Positions 1-11,641 of a DNA stretch of 19,342 nucleotides are shown piece after piece. Source of the stretch: Cyanophora paradoxa CCMP329 (Eukaryota > Plantae > Glaucophyta); contig QPMI01000528.1 in assembly GCA_004431415.1 (NCBI GenBank), positions 1 through 19,342 on the forward strand, written 5' to 3'. The notes beneath the pieces are model-generated. The model was not told the origin of the DNA. It was given only the letters and a program-made list of their open reading frames with translations, and searched no databases. The position numbers were made by a program, and so were the translations under genes. How positions within the stretch are numbered: the stretch's first letter is position 1; every line of letters starts with the position of its first letter.

Positions 1-3000
1 GGCTGTTCCCGTATACAAATCCGTTGGAATTGTGTATTCAATCCATATATTGTTATTGAATGTATCAGCTATTTGATCACCACTTCATTTTATAAGCATA
101 TCCACCGTAGTTATAGTACGGCTCCCATGCCCACCCTGTTCCAAAACCCCAATTTCCTGTTATGAGTGTGGGGTGTGTCCGGAAACCGTAGCATCGAATT
201 CTACACATCGGGGCATAGTTTTGTCGCCAAACTTATAATTTGTAGTAGCATTAATTGACCCTCCATTAATAATTGTTCCACTGAGAGTGGGTGCGCTCAC
301 AGTATTATTTACCCAAAGGTTTCCATTGTTATAAGACTTTAAAATGGCCGCATCTGCTGAGTTTCTAAATTCATTGACACACCTTCACTATTCCCATAAC
401 CCCGTATGTATGTGGTATTACCATTTCCAAACCAAAACCTCGGAATGTTATCTGTTGATTTGTGCCAATCCACAGAATTCACTGTCAATAAACTACCTAA
501 TGAATAAGATGCTTCTGCCTTTGTTGCGTAAGTTGCTGCAAAATCCGGTTTACTAAACACATTATCCCAACTTATCAAACCAACATCATTATCGGTTGCT
601 CTCTGACGACTCCAACCAAAAACCCCTGTGAGATGAATGCGACCTTTTCGACCTTGAACATATATCTTTGTGTAGAACTCGCAATTGACAGATATGAAGA
701 GTATACCTGATTGGGTTCCATCATGAGCTGATGCTTGAATACCTTGATAGACATTCACACGTCGAAGGAAATGCTGGTTGTTATTGGCTGTTTGGCCGTA
801 AATGTCAAAGTATCTGCAATTGCCCCAACACATAGTCTGAATGTAGAAGGTTTTCATTCCTGTTGGAACAGCCCATCGCATCCAATACCCACTACAATCT
901 TCATCATTTTGTGGTGTAGTGTAGCATCCTGCTTGTCCTGTTCTCGGTGACCAACCAGTTGTCCAATTACCACTATTGTCAGAAGAAATAGCAGCCAATT
1001 GGTCAAAATCGTATCCTTTTGGTATTGCTGTCCCAACTATTTGAAGATTAGACGCATTCAAAGTCCCATCAATTGTTCCTCCTGTCTTTGGAAGATAGCT
1101 ACCCAGCCACCCTTGAACTACATTAGAGGATGTGAGATTTTGAGTACTGCTTGTAATGTCTACTGCTGCTATCCAGCTTTGAACTACATTACTACTGGGC
1201 AAAGGCTCAATTAGAGTTTGAACAGTTGACATATCGGCCTTGGGAGCCAACCAGCCTTGAACTACATTTGAAGCCGTTAAAGGGGCTATTAAAATATTAA
1301 CTGTTGCTGTATCTGCTTTTGGAGCCAACCAGTCTTGAATTACATTCGAAGTTGGGATATTTGGCAAGGACACATTACTGCTCACTGTGAGATTATCAAC
1401 TACTACATTTGAGGATATTTGGATATGCTCTTTTATATTGTATTGAGGGGTTAGTTGAGGCACACCAAGACCTGCTACCCCGTACTTTTGAGATAGATAG
1501 TATCGCACACAAGCCAATTCATCGGCAGACAATGCTCTATTATACACTACTATTTCCGCAAGGTCACAATCCATTCGTCCGGTTCCAAGCCAATTCATTA
1601 TTCGTGTGGGGTCATCGGTTCCAAGATAGTTACCATTGAAGGTTGCACGATTGACACCATTCATAGCAACAGTTGTGGTGGACGGCGATACCACCCAATC
1701 AAAAATACTCCACACGTCTTTATAAGAAGAGTCAAGAGTTGTTAATTGCCAAGTTCCAACACCATTAATTCTTACGTTAACTCCAATTGAGAAACACTAT
1801 ATGAACCGTAATTAATATTGTGGTTATAGTTGTTTGAGTAAATACTCCAATGGTGGAGCCAAGAAGTACCTGTTGGTCTGCGAACGGAAATAATGTGAGT
1901 CCATTGCTGAAAAACGTGATAGGTGTAGAAGGATTTATCATAAATTCAGCCGTTCCTTGTTTGAGAACCTTATAGGAATTCAGCAGGTCGGTAGAGTGAA
2001 TCTTGGCTAAAGTGTAACCAGTTGCTGGTCCTATGAGGGTTCAAGAGCATTTGGTAGCCCTGCCGCGAAGTTAACCATCTGCGAAACCACTGCTCAGTAG
2101 CTTCAGTAGTAGGGTACAATGAAAGATACAATTTGGAATCGATAGGGGTTCAACCAGTTGGCAACGAGATTTGAGTTGGAATTTGAGTAATATGTGTGAT
2201 TACCTTGATCGATTGGTTGTTCATTATTATGGATTTGCTATTAACATTTCCATTTACTGTAAGATTTGTCGAGATTGTTCCCCAGTCAATGGAAGACACC
2301 ACCAACCAAATTATTCACAGTTGTTGTTTCCGCCTTTGAAGCCAACCAGCCTTGGACAACATTGGAAGCTGTAAGAGGGGCTATTTGAGTGTTACAGTTG
2401 TGGTGTTTGCTTTGCCAGACAACCAGCCTTGTACCACATTAGATGATGTCAGTGAGCTATTTGGGTGTTGACTGTGATTGTATCTGCCTTTGGAGCAATC
2501 CACCCCTGAACTACATTTGATGATGTGAGTGGAGCAATTAAAGTATTCACAGTAGCTGTATCAGCCTTTGAGCTAGCCATCCCTCAACTACATTTGAGGC
2601 TGTCAGTGGAGCTATCATTGTTTCAACAGTAGCTGTGTCAGCCTTTGGAGCAAGCCATCCCTGAACTGTGTTTGATGATGTAAGAGGGGCAATAAGACCT
2701 TCAACAGTACTTAAATCAGTCTTGGGAGCAATCCATCCCTGAACTACATTTGAGGCTGTCAGTGGAGCTATCATTGTTTCAACAGTAGCTGTATCAGCCT
2801 TCGGAACAAGCCACCCTGAACTGTGTTTGATGATGTAAGAGGGGCAATAAGACCTTCAACAGTACTTAAATCAGCCTTGGGAGCAAGCCATCCCTGAACT
2901 ACATTTGAGGCTGTCAGTGGAGCTATCATTGTTTCAACAGTAGCTGTATCAGCCTTCGGAACAAGCCACCCCTGAACTGTGTTTGATGATGTAAGAGGGG

Positions 3001-6000
3001 CAATAAGACCTTCACAGTACTTAAATCACCTTGGAGCAATCCATCCCTGAACTACATTCGAGGCTGTCAATGGAGCTATCATTGTTTCAACAGTAGCTGT
3101 ATCAGCCTTCGGAACAAGCCACCCCTGAACTGTGTTTGATGATGTAAGAGGGGCAATAAGACCTTCAACAGTACTTAAATCAGCCTTGGGAGCAAGCCAT
3201 CCCTGAACTACATTTGAGGCTGTCAGTGGAGCTATCATTGTTTCAACAGTAGCTGTATCAGCCTTCGGAACAAGCCACCCTGAACTGTGTTTGATGATGT
3301 AAGAGGGCAATAAGACCTTCAACAGTACTTAAATCAGCCTTGGGAGCAATCCATCCCTGAACTACATTCGAGGCTGTCAATGGAGCTATCATTGTTTCAA
3401 CAGTAGCTGTATCAGCTTCGGAACAAGCCACCCCTGAACTGTGTTTGATGATGTAAGAGGGCAATAAGACTTCACAGTACTTAAATCAGCCTTGGGAGAA
3501 GCCATCCCTGAACTACATTTGAGGCTGTCAGTGGAGCTATCATTGTTTCAACAGTAGCTGTATCAGCCTTCGGAACAAGCCACCCTGAACTGTGTTTGAT
3601 GATGTAAGAGGGGCAATAAGACCTTCACAGTACTTAAATCAGCCTTGGGAGCAATCCATCCCTGAACTACATTCGAGGCTGTCAATGGAGCTATCATTGT
3701 TTCAACAGTAGTGTATCAGCCTTCGGACAAGCCACCCCTGAACTGTGTTTGATGATGTAAGAGGGGCATAAGACCTTCACAGTACTTAAATCAGCCTTGG
3801 AGCAAGCCATCCTGAACTATGTTTGATGATGTGAGAGGGGCAATTAGACCTTCAACACTATTAAATCGGCTGGGAGCCAGCCAGTCCATTACTATATTGC
3901 TTGTGGGAATATTGGGAAGCGAAACATTTGAGTTCACAGTGAGATTTTCAATGACAACGTTGGATGAAGGAAGGTAAAGGTACTCTCTCACAAGGTGGCT
4001 GAGTGACGAGAAATCCATACTTCTGCTGGATGTGATACCTGACTGTCTGCTTCTCTTCTGCTGATAATGCCCTTTTGAAACAATTGTTTCTGCATGGTGT
4101 CCCCAATAGGGTGGGGTGACGTACTAAGGTTCCCTGGGAGGAAGGTAGTCGCCTTCAAAACTCCCACATCTGTCCCATGAATGCTATAACCAAATTAGTG
4201 CTGGAACAGTAACATCATAGTATCCATGCCTGTAATCCTGTGGAGACTGTTAAAATTGCAGTACCAGAGCCACGTGTATTTCCATTGAAAAGATTTTCAT
4301 GTAATCCAATATCATCATTTGGCTCTCTGAATCATATGCCAGAATCCCAATCTTGTAGCTTGTTGGAGTAATGGGGTCTGCGTCTTTGATTCCCCAAAAT
4401 CCAAAGTGGAACGTGGGTCTCGCTACAACAAACACTGTCAATCCTGCTGAAAATTCAACAGTGGTCAATGGAGTGGTGTAGGAGATGTTAGTGCCACTAA
4501 CATAAGCTTCCCCAAGAATATCCACGGTTGTATTAATGGATAAATCAGGTGACGATAGACGCTCAGTGTGGAAGAAACTTGATTGTATATGTTTGTGCTG
4601 TTGTTGCCAAGTTGGTGGAGGCTTCCATTTCCAGAAACAATTCGGGATCTGGGATGGAATATCTGTTTCTCCTGTTACTTGGTAATATTCCTCGTAGGTT
4701 GGCGAAATTATTTGATCCAATGTCTTCTCAGTCTTTGCCCTACTGTTGGAACTGATACACTTGCTGCTTGAATGGATCCTGTCACTCTCAATCGCGATGC
4801 ATTAATACAAGTTTACTATTGTCTTTAGGAAGTGTTTGAATATTCACAGGAAATCCGTAGAAGAGCTGAAGGTACCACCTTAAATTCTGTAGGTCTGTCT
4901 GGTTCAAAGCTTTGCATAGAAAGCATTTGACTGAAAGAAAAGTAAGATGAATCACCAGTCCCCACATCTATGTATTCCACTTGATTACTTGGTAGCTTGA
5001 ATTTGCTGTAACAGTGAAAGTTCCCCTTGTGACACCATTAACACCAACAGAGACTGTTGTAGAAGTGATGGTGATATCATATAGAGTATATTTGGTCCAT
5101 TCCTCTAATGTTATTCGTACTTTACTGATGAGTCTGAGCTGATGCTGGCATAGGTACCATCATTCTTAGTGACATATAGGTATAGCTCGGTGTAGGGGAG
5201 ATACTATACAGTCTGCTGACTGTCCATGTTTCATTATTGTCAAGAGAAGTGAATCGAAGGATGCCTTCATGTGTTCACTTGGAATGGCGCCAGAGCTGTT
5301 GCCACAAATACATGGTAACTCTTGTGTGAAATCTATGGTCGCATATGAACCAGTAACGGGACGTACCATATACTGATGCGGCCAACCACATTTGGCTCAA
5401 ATCCATATGCAGGTTTGCTGTTGATTTCGTTCACAGTTGCTAAATATTTGAAAGACGATGAAATTCCAATAAGGTAATAATGAAATTGTTATAACCACCA
5501 CATAGTTCCTTTCGCAAAGTTGTCCATAAGCCAAATGGTGGCATTATTGGTTTTTGTCCTTGTTTCCTTACTGGCATTAAAGTAAAGAAGGCATTCGCTA
5601 ATGCTCAGTGGGTCAAACACATTGAAGTCAATGGGTTCTGTCATAAGATATGTGGAACCATCATTAGTTTCTCTGTAATATTAAGGTTTCCGCTTATAGT
5701 TCCTCCTGTCAATGGCAGGTAGCCTGCCAGCCAACCCTTTGTGACATTGGAAGTGGTAAATCTGCCAGCCAGCCTTTTACACATTCGAGTCAGCAGATGC
5801 ATTGGTCAGCCCTCTAATAACATTTGATGTCCAAGGCTCCGTGGCTACGGCTTCCTTTCTCAAATAAATACTTGAGGCTCCAATTGTATTGGCAACCAAA
5901 GGAACATCGAACTCTGCTGCTTCAGAGGATATATAGGCAGCTGTTTTTCCGGCATACACATTCTGCATATAATCTGTTGGGTGAATAAACACATTCGAGC

Positions 6001-6251
6001 AGAATTGGAATGCAAAGCCACCCTCTGCGTTGAGTTCAAGGTTCGAAAGACTGTACCATCCAGAGCATCTATGTAGCCTGTCCTTGATCATGTCATATAA
6101 ATGCCAAACTCATGATAAGCATCATTCCAGAGATTTGAGTGACCTCTATATGGGGAACATACTTGAGCAGCAAGCTGGTTATTGTGGGATGGAATAGCAG
6201 GATCCTCTACTAAATATGTGTCAATGGCAATCGAGTTGTAATGGAGGTCAT
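1..6251 (-). CDS. Giant modular fibre/adhesin-like virion protein (about 2,000+ aa, frameshifted, 3' end outside the window); could be more than one gene
   Basis: ATG at 6251 after AT-rich TTATAAA. Three LamG/ConA-like domain ends: SQMLFYAKALNQTDLQNLRWYLQLFYG (~4850-4945), AETIVFKRALSAEEKQTVRYHIQQKYG (~4015-4110), LAEIVVYNRALSADELACVRYYLSQKYG (~1480-1570). Three fibre motifs of type (Y/C)LP(L/K)TGGTI (~5700-5725, ~2280-2300, ~1075-1100). 26-aa stalk repeats. Motif WHKSTDNIPRFWFGNGNTTYIRG near 400-470. Confidence 0.72.
1100..1410 (-). repeat. Short degenerate second block of the same 26-aa repeat (about 3-4 units) with its leader segment
   Basis: ORF 339..1715 contains SSNVVVDNLTVSSNVSLPNIPTSNVIQDWLAPKADTATVNILIAPLTASNVVQGWLAPKADMSTV. 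The leader matches SSNVVIENLTVNSNVSLPNIPTSNIVMDWLAP at ~3870-3965. Confidence 0.93.
2330..3875 (-). repeat. Coding tandem repeat of about 20 x 78 nt (26 aa) with alternating A and B units
   Basis: A = PKADTATVETMIAPLTASNVVQGW(L/I)A, 8 near-identical copies. B = PKADLSTVEGLIAPLTSSNTVQGWL(V/A), 8 near-identical copies. Degenerate units occur at both edges. Confidence 0.97.
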
Positions 6252-9200
6252 TTTATAATTAAGCTTCTATAAATTATTTGGAATTGTTTCATCCTTACTT
6301 GCTCTACCTTCCTTCTTGCAATCTCTTTCATGAACTGTGCATCCCTGATGGTGCCTTGTTTTTGGGTCCTCTGCCATTTCGTATAATTGAGCCTGTGGTA
6401 CCTCAGCCCAGTAGCTTGACAGCAACAGCCCAGCTGCTGTTTCAGTGACAGTTGCCGAGGTTGTTGCAAATGCTGACCTGCAGCAATCACGAATCTCAAA
6501 ATATATAGACCGCATACAAAGCTCCAGCCCCACCAGCTAGCGAGCCTATAACGATACCAACTATGCGACCTATATCTGGACCCCCGGTTGGTTGGTCAGT
6601 CGTTTTAGGTGTTTCTTTTGAGGGTGGATTATCTGGATTGGTTGGGGTGTCTGTTGGATCGGGTTCATCTTTTGGGTTGGTTGGGTCAGTGGGTCCACTG
6701 TGCCACCTTCAGCAGTGAATGGCTGGGTGTAACGTTTTAAAGACAATAGGTGCATCTGCTGCCCCTCTGGTTGCGCTTCCTGATATTGTGCATACTTGGA
6801 CTGCAGGTAATTGAAAAGGGCTGTAGACACGGTGGATGGGCAATCCATGGCATACCCAAACATTGCAAGTGGTGTCATATGTGCTGTTGTTCACCAAGCT
6901 GGCAGTGGGGTTGCTGAAAAGCTCTGCAGGAGACCATTTCGAGACAGCAGTCTTGTTCCTTCATTTGCGAATCCACCCTCGTAGAATTTATTGGCGGATA
7001 ATGTGTTCTGTACATAAATATTGCAGCTGCTCCACATTCCCAGGGGCAGAGTTGTATTGGGTGTGTACCTATCTCGCAATGTAAATGTCAGTGTCCATTC
7101 AAAGTCTGTTTGGATATACCTATTTTGATTTTTGGTTGCTAATGTTCTGTGGATCCATTGAACGTGAAAGAATTAAAGAAGCTGTCAAATGTGTTGTTTT
7201 TGTAATCGTAATAATCATCAGGCCATCTGTGGAGGACTGGAGGGTGAAAAGTCCTTCCAGTTCACATTCATAAATTGATTGGCATCAATGTCACCCTTGG
7301 GTACGACATGTTAAACTCTCTGATTGGTAAGGTACAAACGCAGCCCATTTCTTGTCATAAAGGTAGCCATACTTCACTGGATTCTCTGATTTGTAGTGGT
7401 AAGGAACTTTTACGGTAATTGTCTGTTCTCTCTGAGCAAAAGTACTGCCTACCACAAGGTTCTGGGTGCGGAGATTATCAGGATTAAGGTCAAATAATTG
7501 CTGGTGTTGGTGATATTTGTGGTGAACACTGTGTTTCCACCGGATTGCCCAAAGACTGCCCCATTGATTGTTTTGACAAAGAGAGCATCTGTGTCAACTG
7601 GATAAGTGATCCGAAGGCGATCCTCTGGAGTGTATTGAGCTACATTGCCCACTGCTGTCCAGCGATTGTGTAAGGAGGGGTGCCTTGATTGAAATACAAA
7701 CCTGCAGGGTACAAATTTATGTCTTGGTGAGTGTGGTTGTGCCACCGATGTGAATCCTGTATTTGTCACATTAGTCACACTAAAAGGGGATGTGGTTGTT
7801 GTAGCAGGAATAGGTTATTCCATTCACAATTGTTGCTTTGAAGTATGTATTTGTATCTTGTAAAGTACTGTGGGGGCTGATAGGAATGGGGTGGCAAAAG
7901 TAATATTATACACATGGGGAGGGGTGCCATTCACTCTGTATTGATTGTTCATATTATAGCTCTGTAGATCAGCATAACCAAATTGCTTCGATCCTGTTTG
8001 GGATAAATTGCTTGACCTTTCAGATTGTGGTATGAGATGCTTGGAGTTGTATCCGCCAAAAAACTGTTTACAGAGCTGATAGTGGATAGGTTAGTTTTGG
8101 TCATAAGATTTTGTTTGTGTTCACATTGCTGGAGTACACACTCTGCCAGTTGCTGGATGCTGATCCTAGAGTGCGGCTCTGATCTTGGGGAAGATACTGC
8201 TGCCGGATATTGCTATTTATTTTGATGTAGGGTTCTCCGTATATTGGAACATTATGTACAGCAGTTACATTAAATTTGAATGTGGCAGAATTTGTACTTT
8301 AGTGATTGGGGTTACCATTTCAGGCATGGGCATGTTGAAGTCACATCAATCCTGTCATTGTAACATTGTTATGTATGCCTGATCGTTGATAACAGTGTTT
8401 GTTTGATCAAGTAATCTGTCAAATCGAATATCGTGGCAGTTGGAAGCTCGGCTGGATCCGTAATACCAATTCAGCCCATGTAAAGGAATAGGTTGGAGGG
8501 GGAAGGTAAGCTACCATGTAGATACGAGGATTTGAGTGGTGGCAGTTTCAGTCTTCGTAAAACTCTTGTGTTCGTATGGTTTGGGTTCCAATCTTCCCAT
8601 CGAAAGTAATTGTAGCTTTTGAATCTGCATTGTTGATGAGAGTCAGGCTATTAAAATTTGCTTTGTTGCATTACTTCCATCCACCTGAGATTGGAAAGAC
8701 CAATTCTATACTTATTATCGGTTGCTGGGTAATGTTCTCTTTGCAAAATGCTTGCAATGTGATCGCAAGAACTCCATCTGCAGCGAATAAAGTATTGATC
8801 TCGGATGCAGGGCTGCAATCTCGGTGCTGTGGGCAGTGAGGTGGTGTCCTGGCTCGTATCTTTCGTATTTTTGGCTAGCTTGAAGTTCAAAAACTCTTTC
8901 ACAATATCCTCTCCCAGCAGATTGTTTATGTTCTCCTTGTGATATGCAAATGCCCAGTTCGAAGCGCTTGCTTTTCTGTGTTGAATACTGGATCTCCTCT
9001 GCCATCGATATGGTGGTTTTATCCAGGGCGATCGATCGAACCACTGGAGCATTTGAGCCAATCGCTCCCACCAATTCTCCATCCTGGTAAATCTCCAGCA
9101 TGGGCTTTGTTGAATCTGCAGTGAAGGTCCCTCTGCAATTGGTGGAACATAGCTGCCATCCTTGATTACGAATCTATTTACTGAAATATTAGAAGTCAAA

Positions 9201-9714
9201 GGTTGCTTGTCGATAATGTTCCTGCCTTGATTGTGTTCACTTCCAGGTTGCTCGTAAAAAATTGCTCGTGAAAGATCGTGGGCTATTTCAACCTTTGTCT
9301 TTCGATTTGATACACCAGCAATTAGGGTGCTATTATCGAAATTCGAAGGGCTGCATTCTGGTGACCCGTTTCATCCTGGACAAAGAATTCAATCGACCCT
9401 ATCGAAGGACTTGGGTATGTTCCTTCGATTGTATTTAACTGTTTTGGGTATCTGGCGAGTTGCTTGGATGCTTGCAACCTATTCCGCTCGTTATCATCGA
9501 GCAGAAAATCGATTCCAATTTATTATCTCCTGGCTCAACATTTACCAGCTGCAATGCGGCCGGTCTGCTGGGTGTTCCACTAATGGATCCTCGATCCCAT
9601 TGAATTCAATTCTCAACGACCCTCTGATCTCTGGGTTTACCAGATCAATCGGCTCTTTCTCAGGGACTGAACTTTAGCCTGCGGAATATCCGGTCGTGGA
9701 TTCAAAAACGACAT
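6248..9714 (-). CDS. Large fibre-like protein (about 1,150 aa, frameshifted) with a C-terminal P/T/D stalk, transmembrane-like helix and short tail
   Basis: ATG at 9714 (MSFLNPRPDIPQ). Two fibre-type motifs: HYPATDNKYRIGLSNLRWMEV (~8670-8735) and YLPQDQSRTLGSASSNWQRVY (~8135-8200). LamG-like end ALFNYLQSKYA (~6790-6825). Stalk DPTDPTNPKDEPDPTDTPTNPDNPP followed by IVGIVIGSLAGGAGALYAVYIFLRFVIAAG (~6478-6564). The stop is either TGA at 6248 (ATGA overlap with the next gene) or TAG at 6267. Continuity across the gene depends on indel correction. Confidence 0.6.
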
Positions 9715-9735
9715 ATCTAATAATATTATGTTTAT

Positions 9736-10139
9736 TTATTGTAAGGAGTTTGTAGGGAACCTTTGCATTACTTGCATGTCCCACTTTTGAACGTTTAATT
9801 TTTCTTTGAGAATGGCATCAATATCGTGAGCTATTCCCATTGTTTTCAGCTGGGCGTCCTTTCCACAGGTAAATATGTCCAGAGCAGCAGACCCGATCAC
9901 TGTATGAGTGAGCAGTCACATGCGATTCATCCAGCAAAAAGCCAATCGCAATCCGGGGGCTGACCGATCCATCGAACACACAGGATTTCTTGTGGACTAT
10001 ACGAATCCCATTCGTCTTAATGGCAAGATCCAATGCAAGGGTGACCCATTCCGCAAACTCCTCTGGGGTCTCCTTGACTGGGTCGGTGATATAATCCAGA
10101 AAACGTGGTAGCTTGATATTTTAAGCAATTCAGATCCAT
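9736..10139 (-). CDS. speD: S-adenosylmethionine decarboxylase proenzyme (short pyruvoyl-dependent SpeD/SpeH type, about 135 aa), frameshifted
   Basis: Joined frames read MDLNCLKYQATHVFLDYITDPVKETPEEFAEWVTLALDLAIKTNGIRIVHKKSCVFDGSVSP..AIGFLLDESHVTAHSYSDRG..ALDIFTCGKDAQLKTMGIAHDIDAILKEKLNVQKWDMQVMQRFPTNSLQ*. This has the N-terminal HxxxD, the E/SH self-cleavage site (9920-9928, intact in ORF 9818..10033) and the DxFTCG motif characteristic of AdoMetDC. Confidence 0.88.
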
Positions 10140-10170
10140 TATTATAATGACAGGGAAATTTTTGTAATGT

Positions 10171-11641
10171 ATGGTAAATGAAAGCATCCTGGCATTGAGT
10201 GGTGGGGGTTCTCGAGGAATTATTGAGGCTGCATACTGGCCCAGATTGAAGCTCAAACAGGAAAACGAATCAGCAGCTGTTCGATGTTTTTTGCGGGAAC
10301 ATCCACAGGTGGATTATTGCGCTTCTATTAAATATCAAGCCCCTGATGGCAGTCCGAAATACACTGCCACCGATATTCTGGCTCTCTATAAGTCGAAGCT
10401 TCGCAGATATTTGCAAACCCGAGAGTTCTCTCGTCAATTGTGCAGAGACCCCAAATATGAAGCCACCAATCTGGAGGCTGTTGCCCTGGAACTTTGCGGA
10501 TCCGCAACAATGGCTGATTTATACAAACCGACTGTGGTGACTGCATTTGATACAGTTCTGATGTCTCCGGTATTTATTACCAGCAACGATGAGGAGATCA
10601 ATGGAATGCTGGTTCGAGATGCTGCAAGGGCTACTTCGGCTGCCCCAACCTATTTCGAACCCAAACAGGTCACAGTCGCTGGGAGAACATACTGTTTAAT
10701 CGATGGCTGCATGAGCGGAAATAATTCTCCCGGTGTCTGTGGCTACACATTTGCAAGGAAACTGTATGGGAATTCGTGTGAGGAGGAATTCATAGTTGTC
10801 TCTGTGACTGCTGGTCACATTCAGGACTTGGACAAAGCCTCTGCCGGTTATTCCTATGATACTATGAAGACCTGGGGGGTTGTTCAGTGGATCCTAGGTG
10901 CAAGTGGATCTCCCATTTGAGCATGCTGCTGGAATCGAGCGATCTGAATGCCACGAAAAGCTGCTGGAATTACTACCCAGAAACGATGATCAGAACTACG
11001 ATCGCTATTATAAGCTGAGTGTTCCTCTGCCCCAAAACAAGATGGTCCTCGATAATATTACCACGAGCCACCTCAATTCCTTGAAAACGAAGCTCTCAGC
11101 TTTGTTTCGGCCCAGCAAACTTATTTCAATGCTATGTATTCCATTCTGACCATGAACATGACAGAAGGGGATGTTCCCATTCAGAATCTCAGTGGCTGTA
11201 CCGATCTGGCAGCCCCTCCAGAGTCCAATTGGGTTCCTTTGGAGAACAGTGCTTTTTCCGCTGATTTTGGAACTGCTTCGAATGCTCGTGGTCAATGCTA
11301 CAGGCTGGGTAGGATTCCCAAATCCCCCACAGGGACAAGATCAGGAGGGAATTTCCTTCGAATCGATTTCCCTCGTTTATTCATGCTTTCCTCTATAAAA
11401 ATGAAACCTGCTGCCAATGGCAACTATATTAAAACGTTTGAGATCGATTATCAAGCCACTCCTGGTGTATCATCTTTATCTCCCTACACTGAAGGTGGCT
11501 CAACGAGAGTGTTTACAAATACTGCTGGTGAAAACGAGCATGTTTCTCGCAATCCCAAGGCCATTCGAACCCTGCTTGTTTGGCCCTCACCACAGAGGGA
11601 GCCTCTGCATGCAGAATTGATTCGAGGGCTATTACGCTTAA
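10171..11641 (+). CDS. Patatin-like phospholipase fused to a C-terminal F5/8 type C (discoidin) domain, frameshifted
   Basis: ILALSGGGSRG oxyanion motif. FDVFAGTSTGG nucleophile elbow in the alternate frame (~10280-10313). ARATSAAPTYFEP. Catalytic Asp in LIDGC. After a 1-bp fix near 11085 the frame runs without a stop into ORF 11134 (FLRIDFP, NYIKTFEIDY, RVFTN, ..ACRIDFEGYYA*), a discoidin-like pattern. The true start may be ATG 10178 (MKSILALSGGG). Confidence 0.88.

Noticed and set aside
2330-3875. CRISPR-like array
   Set aside because: There are no unique spacers. Units are 78-nt multiples of three encoding a protein repeat, and no cas genes are present.
1100-3965. Diversity-generating retroelement TR/VR pair between the two repeat blocks
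   Set aside because: No reverse transcriptase is present and the differences do not appear adenine-specific.
10017-10256. 79-aa minus ORF
   Set aside because: It is a chimera of patatin antisense sequence and the first codons of AdoMetDC; the likely real start is 10139.
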